From positions 1-24,369 of the forward strand of contig PWMT01000092.1 in assembly GCA_003558085.1 (NCBI GenBank): a stretch of 24,369 bases of DNA, read 5' to 3'. Shown one piece after another: positions 1 to 10,538 of this stretch. Both the position numbers and the translations under genes were made by a program. The stretch's first letter is position 1; each line of letters begins with the position of its first letter. The notes beneath the pieces are model-generated. The model worked only from the letters and a program-made list of their open reading frames with translations. It had not been told where the DNA came from and did not search any database. This stretch comes from Methanobacteriaceae archaeon (lineage in GTDB: Archaea; Methanobacteriota; Methanobacteria; Methanobacteriales; Methanobacteriaceae).

Positions 1-1008
1 AAGACCTGTAAAAAAGCTGGTATTGAGGTAGTGATGATCACTGGAGATCATCGTGATACTGCAGCTGCAATAGCTCGAGAAATTGGTATTCTAGAAGAAG
101 ACAATAGAGTTTTAACTGGTCCTGAATTAGAAAAGATGAATGATAAAGAATTTGAAGAAATAGTTGAAGAAGTGAAGGTTTATGCTCGGGTTTTCCCAGA
201 GCAGAAAGTGCGTATAGTCGACGCCTTAGAAAAAAAAGATAACATAGTTTCAATGACAGGTGATGGGGTAAATGACGCACCTGCTTTAAAAAAAGCAGCG
301 ATAGGAATATCTATGGGTATTACAGGTACTGATGTGGCTAAAGAATCATCAGATATGGTTTTACAAGATGATAATTTTGCCACCATAGTAAAAGCTGTGC
401 AGGAGGGTAGAACCATTTTTGATAATATTCGAAGATTTGTTAAATTCCAGATATCAACCAATGTAGGAGCCATCATAACCATTGTATCTGCTTCACTGAT
501 CAACCTTCCCCTTCCTTTCAATCCCATTCAAATTTTATGGATTAATATTATTATGGATGGGCCTCCAGCACAATCCTTAGGAGTGGAACCTTCCGAAAAA
601 AATATTATGCAACGCCAACCTCATAAAGAAAACATTTTACCATTGAATAATTTATTACGAATTATTTTTGCAGGAGCGATAATGGCCCTGGGAACTTTAC
701 TCCTCTATGTATACCAATTTTCCCTGGGCGGAAGTGAAATTCAAGCGCGTACAGTAGCTTTCACTGTTTTTGTTATGTTTCAAATATTTAATGTTTTTAA
801 TTGTAAATCAAAAACCGGTTTTTCCAATAGATTTTTATTTTTAGCAATCTCGGCATCATTGCTACTACAGTTAATGGTAATTTATATTCCTTTCTTACAG
901 GATATATTCCAAACCACTGTTTTATCTATCACAGATTGGCTTTTGATAATTTTAGTTTCTTCCACTATTTTGCTAAGTGAAAAAATATCCAGGAAGATGA
1001 TTCCATGA
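1..1008 (+). CDS. Cation-transporting P-type ATPase (type IIA, Ca2+-ATPase/PacL-like), 3' part; runs off the left edge
   Basis: Frame is open from base 1 ([16 protein letters not shown]). Motifs [39 protein letters not shown], followed by C-terminal TM helices. Confidence 0.93.
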   Translation, partial: KTCKKAGIEVVMITGDHRDTAAAIAREIGILEEDNRVLTGPELEKMNDKEFEEIVEEVKVYARVFPEQKVRIVDALEKKDNIVSMTGDGVNDAPALKKAAIGISMGITGTDVAKESSDMVLQDDNFATIVKAVQEGRTIFDNIRRFVKFQISTNVGAIITIVSASLINLPLPFNPIQILWINIIMDGPPAQSLGVEPSEKNIMQRQPHKENILPLNNLLRIIFAGAIMALGTLLLYVYQFSLGGSEIQARTVAFTVFVMFQIFNVFNCKSKTGFSNRFLFLAISASLLLQLMVIYIPFLQDIFQTTVLSITDWLLIILVSSTILLSEKISRKMIP

Positions 1009-1781
1009 TTATTCTGGTGATGAGTGGAACTCGAGATGGAACTGAAATAATTACTAAACTAAGTAAGAAAAACTATATAATAGCAACCACCACCACCAAT
1101 CATGGTTCTCAACTCTCCTCAGCTGCTGGAGCACAAGAAGTGATATCCCAAAGACTATCCAAAGAAGATCTATTGAATTTGATTAAAGATAAAAATATCA
1201 AATTGTTAATTGATGCCACCCATCCATTTGCTGTAGAAGCTACTAAAAATGCCTTGAATTCTGCAAAACATAGTGGAATAAAATACATACGTTTTGAAAG
1301 GCCTTCCATTAAAATAAAAAAGGATCCATTAATTTTCAAGACAGATTCTTTTGAAAAAGCATCTATACTTGCTTCTAAAATAAATAAAGGTAATATACTT
1401 CATTTAGCTGGAGTATCTAATTTAAAAGAAATTTTAACCTATAATTCTCCAGATAAAGTATATATTAGGGTTTTACCTGCATTGGATTCTGTAAAGGAAT
1501 GTTTAAGGTTAGGTTTAAAACAAGAACATATTATTGGAATGCAGGGTACCTTCAGCAAAAATTTTAATAAAGCCTTGATGCAGGAATATGGCGTGGCACT
1601 GATAATTACTAAAGAAAGTGGAGAAACCGGTGGAACAATCACCAAAGTAGAGGCAGCGCTGGAGCTGGGTTTAAAAGTAATAATGGTTATGCGGCCCCAT
1701 ATAAAAGAACTATTAAACCAGCCCGTAGTTCACCATATAGATGAATTATTAAATTCCCTGGAAAAGCTTAAATTAAGCTGA
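1005..1781 (+). CDS. cbiJ: Cobalt-precorrin-6A / precorrin-6x reductase (CbiJ/CobK)
   Basis: N-terminal [10 protein letters not shown], plus [22 protein letters not shown] and TKESGETGG motifs. ATGA overlap with the ATPase stop. Confidence 0.92.
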   Translation: MIILVMSGTRDGTEIITKLSKKNYIIATTTTNHGSQLSSAAGAQEVISQRLSKEDLLNLIKDKNIKLLIDATHPFAVEATKNALNSAKHSGIKYIRFERPSIKIKKDPLIFKTDSFEKASILASKINKGNILHLAGVSNLKEILTYNSPDKVYIRVLPALDSVKECLRLGLKQEHIIGMQGTFSKNFNKALMQEYGVALIITKESGETGGTITKVEAALELGLKVIMVMRPHIKELLNQPVVHHIDELLNSLEKLKLS

Positions 1782-1851
1782 ATAAATTTAAATTATAAAA
1801 AAATAGTTTTAAAATTAGTTCTTATTAAAACTAGTTTAAATGATTAACTCT

Positions 1852-3261
1852 TCATTTTTTTCTAAAGGAAAATATGCCGATAATTAACCATATTATCAGC
1901 ATTATAAAGCAGAATATCAACACTACGACTGGCCCGAACTGGAATATAAGAGGCACCGATGCTGCGGTAAAGATTCCTCCACCTACAATAGGCTCAAAGA
2001 GTAATTGCTTATAACCAAAACCTTCCAGGGCAGGAGTTTCATTTTTTGGGTCAGCCAATTTCATTAAAAGAATGCCAGTAGCAGTCATACCCATGGATTG
2101 GCCAAAATTACCTGCACCTCTTTCAAACCAGTAAGTAGGGATCATAAGTGGAGTTAAATATATTAAAGCCACTAAATTCCAGATTATACCTATCGCTGCC
2201 AAGCTTAAAAAGGGTATCAGGTTTTCTCCTATGATGGTTAATGATAGAGTGGCAATAGCACTTACAATCAATACGTCTAATGATAATCCCTGAATCCTAA
2301 CAATTAAATCCCTATCTAGAGTGCGGTAAATATCAAATCTATCTAGAAAGATTTGAAGTAATATACCTCCAAACATAGCAAAGGGAAAAAGAGGAATAAA
2401 TTCCAAAACATAAACTCCAGTGGAAGGACCCCAGGTAAGATTTTCTAATAAAATTAGCGCTTCTAGAATAAGATACCCTATACCTATGGCTACCCCCACA
2501 TAGGCAAAATGTAATGATAATGGCTCTATAGACTCAGCTCTGGTTGTCAATTTACCTGCAGAAACTCTATTATCAAATTCAACTATACCTGCCTGTTCTT
2601 TAAGTGATATTTCACGATCCTCAGTTATTATTTCGGTTTTGCCTTTTTTCACAGCATAATTCATTTATATAATTCCCAGAACCACCCCAAAGATTATACC
2701 GATAGTGGCCAGACCTAGTGCCAAATCAGTACCACCTGGAAATCCCAATTCTTCAAAGGTTCCAGCCATTCCAGCGGCTGTTCCGTGTCCACCTTCAAAA
2801 CCAATTTCGATTAAAGCACCAGCCATAGGTTCTATGTCAAAAAAGGGAGTTAATATAAGCAGCGTTAGTAATAATCCCAATACATATTGTCCCCAGGCAA
2901 TGGTCTGGCCATGTGCTATTTGGGGACCGGCTATACGCCACAATTCTTTAATATTAGGTAATTTTTTACCTAGAAAAAGTGAGGCGAAAATAATATTAAT
3001 AAAAATACCAGGTAAAACTCCCCATACCATTAAAATTTCATTGGGAAAAATACCATTAGCCAGAAATGTATTTTCCCAACCCAACCACTGTATCAGGTTA
3101 CCCAGTACTTCTGATCCTAGAAAAAGAGCTAAAAATCCGCCGATGATTGAACTTGGTAGAAAAAGTTTTTGTAGGGGCGGAGTAATCACTCTTATCCATT
3201 TACCTATGAGTAAAATCAAGCCTAAGATTAAAAAACTGGCTGCAACCATATCCGATGTCAT
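1852..3261 (-). pseudogene. gltS: Sodium/glutamate symporter family (GltS/ESS) gene interrupted by one in-frame TAA at 2665-2667; reads as 198-aa and 270-aa ORFs in the same frame
   Basis: LPSSIIGG and GFEGGHGTAAG in the first half; GQSMGMTATG and LADP in the second. Junction reads GGA ATT ATA TAA ATG AAT TAT. Could be a nonsense allele, a sequencing error or a functional split gene. Confidence 0.8.
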
Positions 3262-3366
3262 GAAAAATGGTTTTATAAGTTATATTATAAAATATTTTAG
3301 TTAGATTAAAAAATTAAACTTGAAATTATAGTATTTTTTATTCTTAATTGTCTGTTTTACAGGATC

Positions 3367-4611
3367 TCAGGATAAATTAATAGAGAAATCATCAAACAGG
3401 ATTACATCTACGTTTGTACCTTCTGCAATTAATTCCACATTTTTAGGTATAGTAATATATCCATCAGCTTCTACTAGAGCATTGATTGCTCCTGAATCCT
3501 TTAAGATTGGATGAACTTTGTTATCTACGACCTTTATGAGAACATACTGTATTCTGCCCCTTGCAGAATGAAATCTGGTAGAAAGAGGAAGATTTATTTT
3601 AGAGGAAGCCTTATCAGTTAAACCAGAATAACTTTTTAAATGAGGTGCTAATAAAACATCTAATACTATTAAAGCTGCACTGGGATTTCCAGGAAGTCCC
3701 ACTATTAATTTATGATCAATTTCTCCTATGATAGTTGGTTTTCCTGGTTTCATTGTAATTCCATGCACCATTACTTTTCCTAAATCATCTAAAACCAATC
3801 TTAATACATCACCTGCACCAGCAGAAGTCCCTCCTGAGGTGATTATAAGGTCAAAGTCATTTAAACTATTTTTTATGGTATTTTTCAGGACCTCATATTC
3901 ATCAGGAACTATGCCTTTAATAACAGGGTTAGTGCCATAAGTTTTTAAGGCAGCATGAAGGGCTAAGGAATTCACATCATATATTTTGCCATATTCTAGT
4001 TGCTTTTCGGCACTGAGAAGCTCATTACCGGTGGAAATAATAGCTACTTTCATTTTCTTGTCTACTTTTATTTTAGAGAATCCCAATGCAGATAAGACCC
4101 CGATTTTCTCTGGACTGAGGATAGTCCCCTTTTTAAGTACTAAATCTCCTTTTTCAATATCCGAACCCTTCAGGGCAATGAACTGTCCAGGATAAGAAGT
4201 TTTAAATAGGTGAACTTTATCACCTTCTTTTTCAGAAAATTCAATCATCACTACACCATTAGCGCCTTTAGGGATAGGAGCACCAGTACTTATTTCACTA
4301 CAATAACCCGTTTTTATTTCTTTTTGAGGGACATCACCAGCCCCTATCACTTCTAAAAGATTTAAGGTAACCGGATTTTCTTCTGTGGCATTAAAAGTAT
4401 CCTGAACCTTTACAGCAAATCCATCCCTAAGAGTTCGATCAAAAGGAGGTAAATTTATAGAAGCATAGATATCATCGCTTAAAACTCTAAAGAGAGCATG
4501 ATCTAAGCTTACTTTATCAAATTTAGGTTCAACATATAATTTTTCAAATAAGTCTTTCAAAATAGTATCTACTTGGGAAATATCCCTTGTTTTCAAAAAC
4601 TCGCTTCCCAT
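3367..4611 (-). CDS. moeA: Molybdopterin molybdenumtransferase MoeA (gephyrin-like)
   Basis: PPFDRTLRDGFAV, ISTGAPIPKGA, STGNEL, SGGTSAG, MKPGKP and GLPGNP motifs. Start moved to ATG 4611 because AGGTGA at 4617-4622 fits as its SD. Confidence 0.92.
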   Translation of the reverse strand: MGSEFLKTRDISQVDTILKDLFEKLYVEPKFDKVSLDHALFRVLSDDIYASINLPPFDRTLRDGFAVKVQDTFNATEENPVTLNLLEVIGAGDVPQKEIKTGYCSEISTGAPIPKGANGVVMIEFSEKEGDKVHLFKTSYPGQFIALKGSDIEKGDLVLKKGTILSPEKIGVLSALGFSKIKVDKKMKVAIISTGNELLSAEKQLEYGKIYDVNSLALHAALKTYGTNPVIKGIVPDEYEVLKNTIKNSLNDFDLIITSGGTSAGAGDVLRLVLDDLGKVMVHGITMKPGKPTIIGEIDHKLIVGLPGNPSAALIVLDVLLAPHLKSYSGLTDKASSKINLPLSTRFHSARGRIQYVLIKVVDNKVHPILKDSGAINALVEADGYITIPKNVELIAEGTNVDVILFDDFSINLS

Positions 4612-4845
4612 CCAAATCACCTACTATAAATTATATTCTTTTCCAGAATGTATTAAACTAAAAGGAGTGTGCGTATAATATCTATGATAGATGTATCTGA
4701 AATTAGCATACATATATTATAAACCATTATATAAGAGAGGAATCTTATAATTATTAAATCTATAAAGAATATTTGATTAAATCATCATATTATTAATTTT
4801 CAATTAAAAAAACACATTTTTTTAGAGAAATTAGGAGGAGAGTTT

Positions 4846-5145
4846 TTGAGTAGAGGATATGGATCAACCGAACCAAGAAGAGTTAGAACTCCACGTAAAG
4901 GAGAAATTCCGGCCATGGTAGAACAAATATTAGGTCATGGTAAATTAAAGGTACGCAGTAGTGACGGCAAAATTAGACTGGCCAGAATTCCTGGAAAGAT
5001 GAAAAAAAGGATATGGATAAGAGAAGGTGATGTAGTACTAATAAAACCATGGGAATTTCAGAGTGACGAAAAAGCAGATGTTGTTTGGAGATACACCCGC
5101 ACCGAAGCTAATTGGTTAGAAAAAAGAGGTTACTTAACCCTCTGA
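4846..5145 (+). CDS. eif1A: Translation initiation factor aIF-1A
   Basis: RIPGKMKKRIWIREGDVVLIKPWEFQ and WRYT signature. TTG start with AGGAG SD. Confidence 0.95.
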   Translation: MSRGYGSTEPRRVRTPRKGEIPAMVEQILGHGKLKVRSSDGKIRLARIPGKMKKRIWIREGDVVLIKPWEFQSDEKADVVWRYTRTEANWLEKRGYLTL

Positions 5146-5273
5146 TAAGTATTTTTTTTTAAAATATACTATTATTTTGATACCTTAGATCATAATTATT
5201 CTAATAAATATATATTACTTAAGAAGATTATTGATTAAATAATTTTTTTATAAACATTTATAGGAATTAAATA

Positions 5274-6041
5274 ATGGATCCTAAAGTTTCCAAAGCAGAT
5301 CAAGCACTTAGAAAAATACTGGGTGAAAAAAGATTGAAAGGCGTTGAAGATCGACGTGTAGCCAGTGAAGTATTTGATCAAAATACTCTGGAAACCCTAT
5401 ACAAACTAGCTAACCGTGGTTATCTGAATTTATTGAAAGGTGCTATCAGCACCGGGAAAGAAGCTAATGTTTTCAAAGGTGTGCATGAAGAGGGTAACTT
5501 TCTGGCGGTTAAAATTTACAGAATTAACACTTCTGATTTTAAAAAGATGCAATATTATATCCAGGGAGATCCTCGTTTTAAAGTAAGAACAACTAATAAA
5601 AGGCAATTAGTATTCACTTGGGTTAATAAAGAATATAGAAACTTAAAACGTTCTTATGAAGCAGGAATTAAAGTACCTAAACCAATTTTAGCCAAAAATA
5701 ATGTACTTTTAATGGAATTTATTGGAGATGAAGAAGGAAACCCCGCACCCTTACTAATAAATAAACCGCCTGATAATCCAGATAAAGCATTTAAAAGCCT
5801 ATTAAAATCCATAAAAAAGTTATATTACGATGCAAAACTTGTTCATGGGGATTTATCTGCTTTTAACGTATTAAATTATGAAGAGAAAATGGTTATTATT
5901 GACATGTCCCAGTCACTTGTAGTGGATCATCCCTTATCTAGAGAACTTTTAGAAAGAGACCTAGCAAACATAGCTCTTTATTTTAAGAAATTTGGTATTT
6001 CTAAAACAATTGAAGAATTAAAACTTGAAATTTATAATTAA
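5274..6041 (+). CDS. rio1: RIO1 atypical serine kinase/ATPase (SSU biogenesis)
   Basis: STGKEANVF, AVKIYR, GDPRF, HGDLSAFNVL and IIDMSQ motifs. Conserved position after aIF-1A. Confidence 0.93.
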   Translation: MDPKVSKADQALRKILGEKRLKGVEDRRVASEVFDQNTLETLYKLANRGYLNLLKGAISTGKEANVFKGVHEEGNFLAVKIYRINTSDFKKMQYYIQGDPRFKVRTTNKRQLVFTWVNKEYRNLKRSYEAGIKVPKPILAKNNVLLMEFIGDEEGNPAPLLINKPPDNPDKAFKSLLKSIKKLYYDAKLVHGDLSAFNVLNYEEKMVIIDMSQSLVVDHPLSRELLERDLANIALYFKKFGISKTIEELKLEIYN

Positions 6042-6267
6042 AAACAGGAAAAACCTTATTATATGATAATTACATAATATAATAAATGATCTAATTATAA
6101 AAACTAGCTTATACAGGGCATTAACCTGTAGTATATGATTTATATGGCTTATAAGATGGTATCAATTGATAATTTATTTATAAATTAAATTTAACATTTA
6201 AGTAATTTGAAACAACCTATTATTTTGATAACACAATATCCTTTAAAAGTATTTTAATCATTGAATC

Positions 6268-6293
6268 CTGAAAGCTGATCAAATAGCTTTCAG
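6268..6293. promoter_or_regulatory. Perfect 9-bp inverted repeat CTGAAAGCT-N8-AGCTTTCAG in the leader of the KH gene
   Basis: Arms at 6268-6276 and 6285-6293, ending 48 nt before the ATG at 6342. Function is inferred. Confidence 0.45.
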
Positions 6294-6341
6294 CAAGTAA
6301 GGTAACATTATTAATTCAAAAATATATCGAGATGATAATCT

Positions 6342-6908
6342 ATGCCCAACACCGAGTATCTTAAGATTCCCCGGGAAAGAGTAGGGGTTTTAATAGGGAA
6401 ACAAGGAGAAGTTAAAAACGAAATAGAAAAATTAACGCAAACAAAATTGGATATAGATAGTGAAACAGGTACTGTTTCTATAATTCCTGATGAAAACATG
6501 AAAGATCCTTTATCTGCCTGGAAAACACGTAGCGTGGTAAAGGCTATTGGTAGGGGATTTAATCCCGAAATATCTTTACGGCTCTTAGATGATGAAGTAG
6601 CCCTGGATATAATAAAACTCACCGACTATCTAGGTAAGTCTAAAAAAGCTATGGCTCGTCAAAAGGGCCGAATAATCGGTAGAGAGGGTCGAACTCGTCA
6701 AATTATAAAGGAAATGACCGGTGTAGATATTTCGATTTATGGTAAAACCGTTTCTTTAATTGGAAATATTGAAAGTGTAATGATAGCTAAAGAAGCAGTT
6801 GAAATGCTTCTTAGTGGATCCAGACACAAGTCAGTATATTCTTTTCTGGAAAAGAAAAAGCAAGACCTTAAAATGAAAGACTTTCAGGAAACTATTCACC
6901 TAAAATAA
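6342..6908 (+). CDS. KH-domain RNA-binding/processing protein (archaeal Dim2/Pno1/Krr1-like)
   Basis: Two KH GxxG loops (LIGKQG, IIGREG), AIGRGF, and GSRHKSVY. Conserved neighbour of RIO1. Confidence 0.9.
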   Translation: MPNTEYLKIPRERVGVLIGKQGEVKNEIEKLTQTKLDIDSETGTVSIIPDENMKDPLSAWKTRSVVKAIGRGFNPEISLRLLDDEVALDIIKLTDYLGKSKKAMARQKGRIIGREGRTRQIIKEMTGVDISIYGKTVSLIGNIESVMIAKEAVEMLLSGSRHKSVYSFLEKKKQDLKMKDFQETIHLK

Positions 6909-7097
6909 GTAAAGTGTGAAACCTTAATTTTAATTAATTTTAAATGCAAGTATTTTAATACTGTTAGTTAGTTAACTATAATCAGGACTAATTGGTGTAT
7001 ATGTTAATGTTTTGATAAGCCTTTTTTACACTATTATTATTGTACAAAAAATTAGATCCTAGATTAAACTATAAAAAAAATTATAAGGAGGGTAATT

Positions 7098-8669
7098 TTG
7101 GCTAGACAAGCTGGAGAACTCTTTGAAGAGTTTCAAGAATTAACCGCATCTGAATTTTTTAGAAAAAATAAACAGATGTTAGGATTTTCAGGAAAAATAA
7201 GATCTCTTACTGTTGTTTTTCATGAATTTATAACCAATAGTTTTGATGCTGCAGAAGAGGCAGGTATACTCCCTGAAATAAAAATAGATCTTAAAAGAGT
7301 GGATAAGGATCATTATATATTAAAGCATATTGATAATGGACCAGGTATTCCTGAAGATTTTATCACCCGTGTTTTTTGTACCATGTTTGCTGGTTCCAAA
7401 TTCAGAAATATACAATCCCGAGGTCAGCAGGGTTTAGGTTGTAGTGGATGTGTTTTACTTTCCCAGATGACTACAGGTAAGCCCGCTAAAATCATATCTG
7501 GATATACCGAGAATGGTAAACTTAAAGGCGTTCAGATGATCCTCAAAATGGATGTTAAAACTAATATGGGTCTTATACTGGATAAAAAAGAAGTTGAAGT
7601 TAAAGAAACAGGAGTGTGTGTTGAATTACACTTCAAGGATGTATCGTATTCTCTTTCAGAACAGGGGGCATACGAATACATTCGAAGAACCATTATTGCC
7701 AATCCTCATGCCAAAATAACTTTCCGAGATCCCACTGGCCGTAAATATATATTCAATCGGGCCACCGAGATCATACCCCCACTTCCAAAAGAAGTGTTAC
7801 CACATCCAAAAGGAGTTACTGCTGATGACCTTATTTTTATGGCTAAGCATACTGATAAACGTCGATTTAGAAGTCTACTTACCAGTTCTCTATCCAGGAT
7901 GTCCACCAAAAGAGTAAACGAGATTGAAGAAAAAACAGGTATAGATCTTAATAAAAGACCTAAAGATATGAAATGGGAAGAAGCTGAAAAAATCGTGGAT
8001 TTATTCTCTAAAATGGAGTTTATGGCTCCTCCTACATCTGGGTTGATACCTATCGGATTTGATCAGATAGAAAAAGGATTAATAGAAATATTACAACCAG
8101 AATTTGTTACCGCCACCACTCGAAAGCCCGTGACTTATAAGGGAGGAGTAGCATTCATCATAGAATCAGCTATTGCCTATGGTGGAGAGGCAGGTAGGAT
8201 AGTAGGTGATCAACGCAAAGCAGAAATAATGCGCTTTGCCAATAGAGTGCCGTTAACCTTTGATCAGGGAAGTTGTGCTATTACCGAAGCTTTAAAGAGT
8301 ATAGACTGGAAGCGATATGGTATAAAAGATCTTGAAAATGCCCCTATAACAGTATTTGTAAATATTGTTTCTACCAATGTGCCCTACCTTTCCACTGGTA
8401 AACAAAGTGTGGCGCCTGAACCTGAAATTTTACATGAAGTGCGTCAATCTTCCATGAAAGTGGCTCGCAAACTTCAAAAATACTTAAGGGCTAAAAAAGC
8501 TGCTAAAGAAGAAGAAATGCGTTCTAAAATCTTCGAAACTTATGTACCTATAATTCTTAAAGAAGCAGCTGCTTTAGCTGAAACAGGAATCCCTGAATAT
8601 GAGCATGTATTGGCCAAAGTTACACGAAGAGCAAAAGCAGAACTATTAGGAGAGGTTGTAGATGAATAA
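7098..8669 (+). CDS. top6B: DNA topoisomerase VI subunit B
   Basis: GHKL motifs ([28 protein letters not shown]), RFANRVPL, and STGKQS. TTG start with AGGAGG SD. Confidence 0.95.
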   Translation: MARQAGELFEEFQELTASEFFRKNKQMLGFSGKIRSLTVVFHEFITNSFDAAEEAGILPEIKIDLKRVDKDHYILKHIDNGPGIPEDFITRVFCTMFAGSKFRNIQSRGQQGLGCSGCVLLSQMTTGKPAKIISGYTENGKLKGVQMILKMDVKTNMGLILDKKEVEVKETGVCVELHFKDVSYSLSEQGAYEYIRRTIIANPHAKITFRDPTGRKYIFNRATEIIPPLPKEVLPHPKGVTADDLIFMAKHTDKRRFRSLLTSSLSRMSTKRVNEIEEKTGIDLNKRPKDMKWEEAEKIVDLFSKMEFMAPPTSGLIPIGFDQIEKGLIEILQPEFVTATTRKPVTYKGGVAFIIESAIAYGGEAGRIVGDQRKAEIMRFANRVPLTFDQGSCAITEALKSIDWKRYGIKDLENAPITVFVNIVSTNVPYLSTGKQSVAPEPEILHEVRQSSMKVARKLQKYLRAKKAAKEEEMRSKIFETYVPIILKEAAALAETGIPEYEHVLAKVTRRAKAELLGEVVDE

Positions 8670-9717
8670 AAAAGAGATTGCAGCCAATAAACTTAAAAGT
8701 TTAGGAACAAACATCATCGAAGAAGTTAGTCAAAATAAAGTTCCCTACATCAAAGTACCCTCAAGAGGAACCTCCAACATTCTTTACGATGAAAATAAAC
8801 GTCACTATATTTTAGGAGATCGTTATGGTAAACGTTCACTGGGTAATGTAAAACAAATCAAAAAGATTGCTCAGATGGTTTACATGGCAAATTTCTGTAA
8901 AGACTTGGTGGAAAGGGAAAAAACAGCCACTCTCAGGGAATTATATTATGTTTCTGAAGGATGGGATGTAGATTTTGGAGATCAGCAGGAATCCAATATT
9001 ATTGGAGAAGATTTAGAAGTTACTCTGGGCATGACTCGGGAAGATTTAGGATTAATGCCTGAAGAAGATGGAGCATCAGTCTATGGTAAATTAAAACTCC
9101 TAGAAGGAGATATTGAAATTGATGCCATGCGAGCTGGTAAATCTGGTTACACCATATCCCCTACAATTGATGAGGTGGAATTTGTAGAACACGACGTAAA
9201 AAGAGTGATTGCAGTTGAAACCATGGGTATGTTCCATCGGATGGTGCAGGAAGAAGCCTATAAAAAATTTGAAACCTTAGTTGTAGGATTGAAAGGACAG
9301 GCTGCCCGGGCAACCAGAAGATTCTTGAAGCGAGTAAATGAAGAACTTAAAATACCAGTTTATATTTGTAATGACGGTGATCCATGGGGATTTCACATCG
9401 CCATGGTAATAATATCCGGAAGTGCTAAACTGGCCCATGTAAACCATCAACTAGCCACCCCTGATGCCAAATATCTTGGAGTTACAGCCAGCGATATCAT
9501 AAATTATGATCTACCCACAGATCCCCTGAAAGATATCGATGTGCTGCGTTTGAAAGAACTACTGAAAGATCCCCGTTACCGGGATGATGTTTGGATAACA
9601 GAAATCAAAAAAATGCTTAAAATTAATAAAAAAGCAGAACAACAATCTTTCTCTAAATACGGATTGGAATATGTAGTAGATACCTATTTTCCTGAAAAAT
9701 TAGAGTCTATGGAATAA
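8662..9717 (+). CDS. top6A: DNA topoisomerase VI subunit A (Spo11 homolog)
   Basis: TLRELYY (catalytic Tyr), TOPRIM AVE and DGDPWG, and KKAEQQ. Overlaps top6B by 8 nt. Confidence 0.95.
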   Translation: MNKKEIAANKLKSLGTNIIEEVSQNKVPYIKVPSRGTSNILYDENKRHYILGDRYGKRSLGNVKQIKKIAQMVYMANFCKDLVEREKTATLRELYYVSEGWDVDFGDQQESNIIGEDLEVTLGMTREDLGLMPEEDGASVYGKLKLLEGDIEIDAMRAGKSGYTISPTIDEVEFVEHDVKRVIAVETMGMFHRMVQEEAYKKFETLVVGLKGQAARATRRFLKRVNEELKIPVYICNDGDPWGFHIAMVIISGSAKLAHVNHQLATPDAKYLGVTASDIINYDLPTDPLKDIDVLRLKELLKDPRYRDDVWITEIKKMLKINKKAEQQSFSKYGLEYVVDTYFPEKLESME

Positions 9718-9726
9718 ATGATTACC

Positions 9727-9765
9727 ATTTTTTTCCCTAATTTCAGGAAAAAAATTTATTTTTTT
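9727..9765 (+). terminator. Putative terminator after top6A: oligo-T tracts and a 10-bp inverted repeat (ATTTTTTTCC / GGAAAAAAAT)
   Basis: Arms at 9727-9736 and 9746-9755, followed by a T7 run, starting 10 nt after the stop codon. Confidence 0.5.
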
Positions 9766-9863
9766 AAAAAAAATTTTAAAGGTGCTGATTAAGCTGAAGA
9801 TGCCTAATGCACCAGTATACTAATATTTGCAATTATGAATGCCGATGAAGTCATCAGAGCTAT

Positions 9864-9903
9864 GGCTTATCATTATCTAAAACGGCTTATCATTATCTAA
9901 AAC
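9864..9903. repeat. Exact 20-bp tandem duplication (GGCTTATCATTATCTAAAAC) x2
   Basis: Copies at 9864-9883 and 9884-9903 are identical. Confidence 0.92.
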
Positions 9904-10040
9904 TCCATAGAGAAAAAATCAGCATAAGTCCTGGTTTTTTTAGAATTTCTAGGTGAAAGTATTTAAAAAATTAATTTTTAAATTTTTATTTTTCTTTAAA
10001 GATGTTTTGTAGAAAAAGTTATTAAAATATTGATTTTTGA

Positions 10041-10538
10041 TTAAAATTTTTTTTGTACTTTTTTGGAATCAAAGACAATGGTAGAATCTGCTGAATTTTT
10101 TAAAGCTATGCTTAAACCAGGTTCTGCACCTATGAGCAGGGTTTCTTTTCCTTTTTCTTTAGCAATATGCAGCAATGGTAGAAAATCAGCGTTACGAGTC
10201 ATCAATGCAATTACATCTATACCTGGATTATAAATTAATTCAAATGCTTCTAACGCCAATTGAACATCTATATCTCCAGCTACAATCAACGGAGAATAAC
10301 CTTGATTTACAATTGCTTCAATTAGCTTATCAGAAGCATACTGATTCAAAAGAACTTTAGCTACTTTAAGATTTCCATTATCAGCTATCAAATTTGTTAT
10401 GGTTTCTAAATCTAAATTAAATTCTTTTCGAAGCATATTAGGCCCATCAATCAATAAACCCACATTTTTAGCTCCATAAATCTTACTTTTTAAGGTAAAA
10501 TACTCTTTAATGGAGCTTAATTTTTCTAATTTAGCCAT
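10041..10538 (-). CDS. NYN-domain protein (TIGR00288 / LabA-DUF88-like, PIN superfamily)
   Basis: [36 protein letters not shown] and ALKNSAD motifs. ATG 10538 preferred because GGAG lies just upstream. Confidence 0.85.
   Translation of the reverse strand: MAKLEKLSSIKEYFTLKSKIYGAKNVGLLIDGPNMLRKEFNLDLETITNLIADNGNLKVAKVLLNQYASDKLIEAIVNQGYSPLIVAGDIDVQLALEAFELIYNPGIDVIALMTRNADFLPLLHIAKEKGKETLLIGAEPGLSIALKNSADSTIVFDSKKVQKKF

Noticed and set aside
2705..3304. 199-aa plus-strand ORF
   Set aside because: Antisense shadow of the GltS N-terminal half, with no recognisable motifs or SD.
4680..4749. Short palindromes in the divergent moeA/aIF-1A promoter (ATCTATGATAGAT; TATAAGA-N6-TCTTATA)
   Set aside because: Six- to seven-bp AT-rich arms are expected by chance at this composition.
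9845..9860. Hammerhead-like CUGAUGA on the minus strand (also at about 11107-11113)
   Set aside because: No stem II followed by GAAA in either case.
9864..9903. Possible mini-CRISPR
   Set aside because: Only two 20-bp copies with no spacer, and no cas genes.
9847..9912. Fluoride-riboswitch-like words on the minus strand (ATGGAGT ... CTGATGACTTC)
   Set aside because: The P1 stem does not form in the proper register, and there is no co-oriented downstream gene. A cmscan with the crcB model would settle it.
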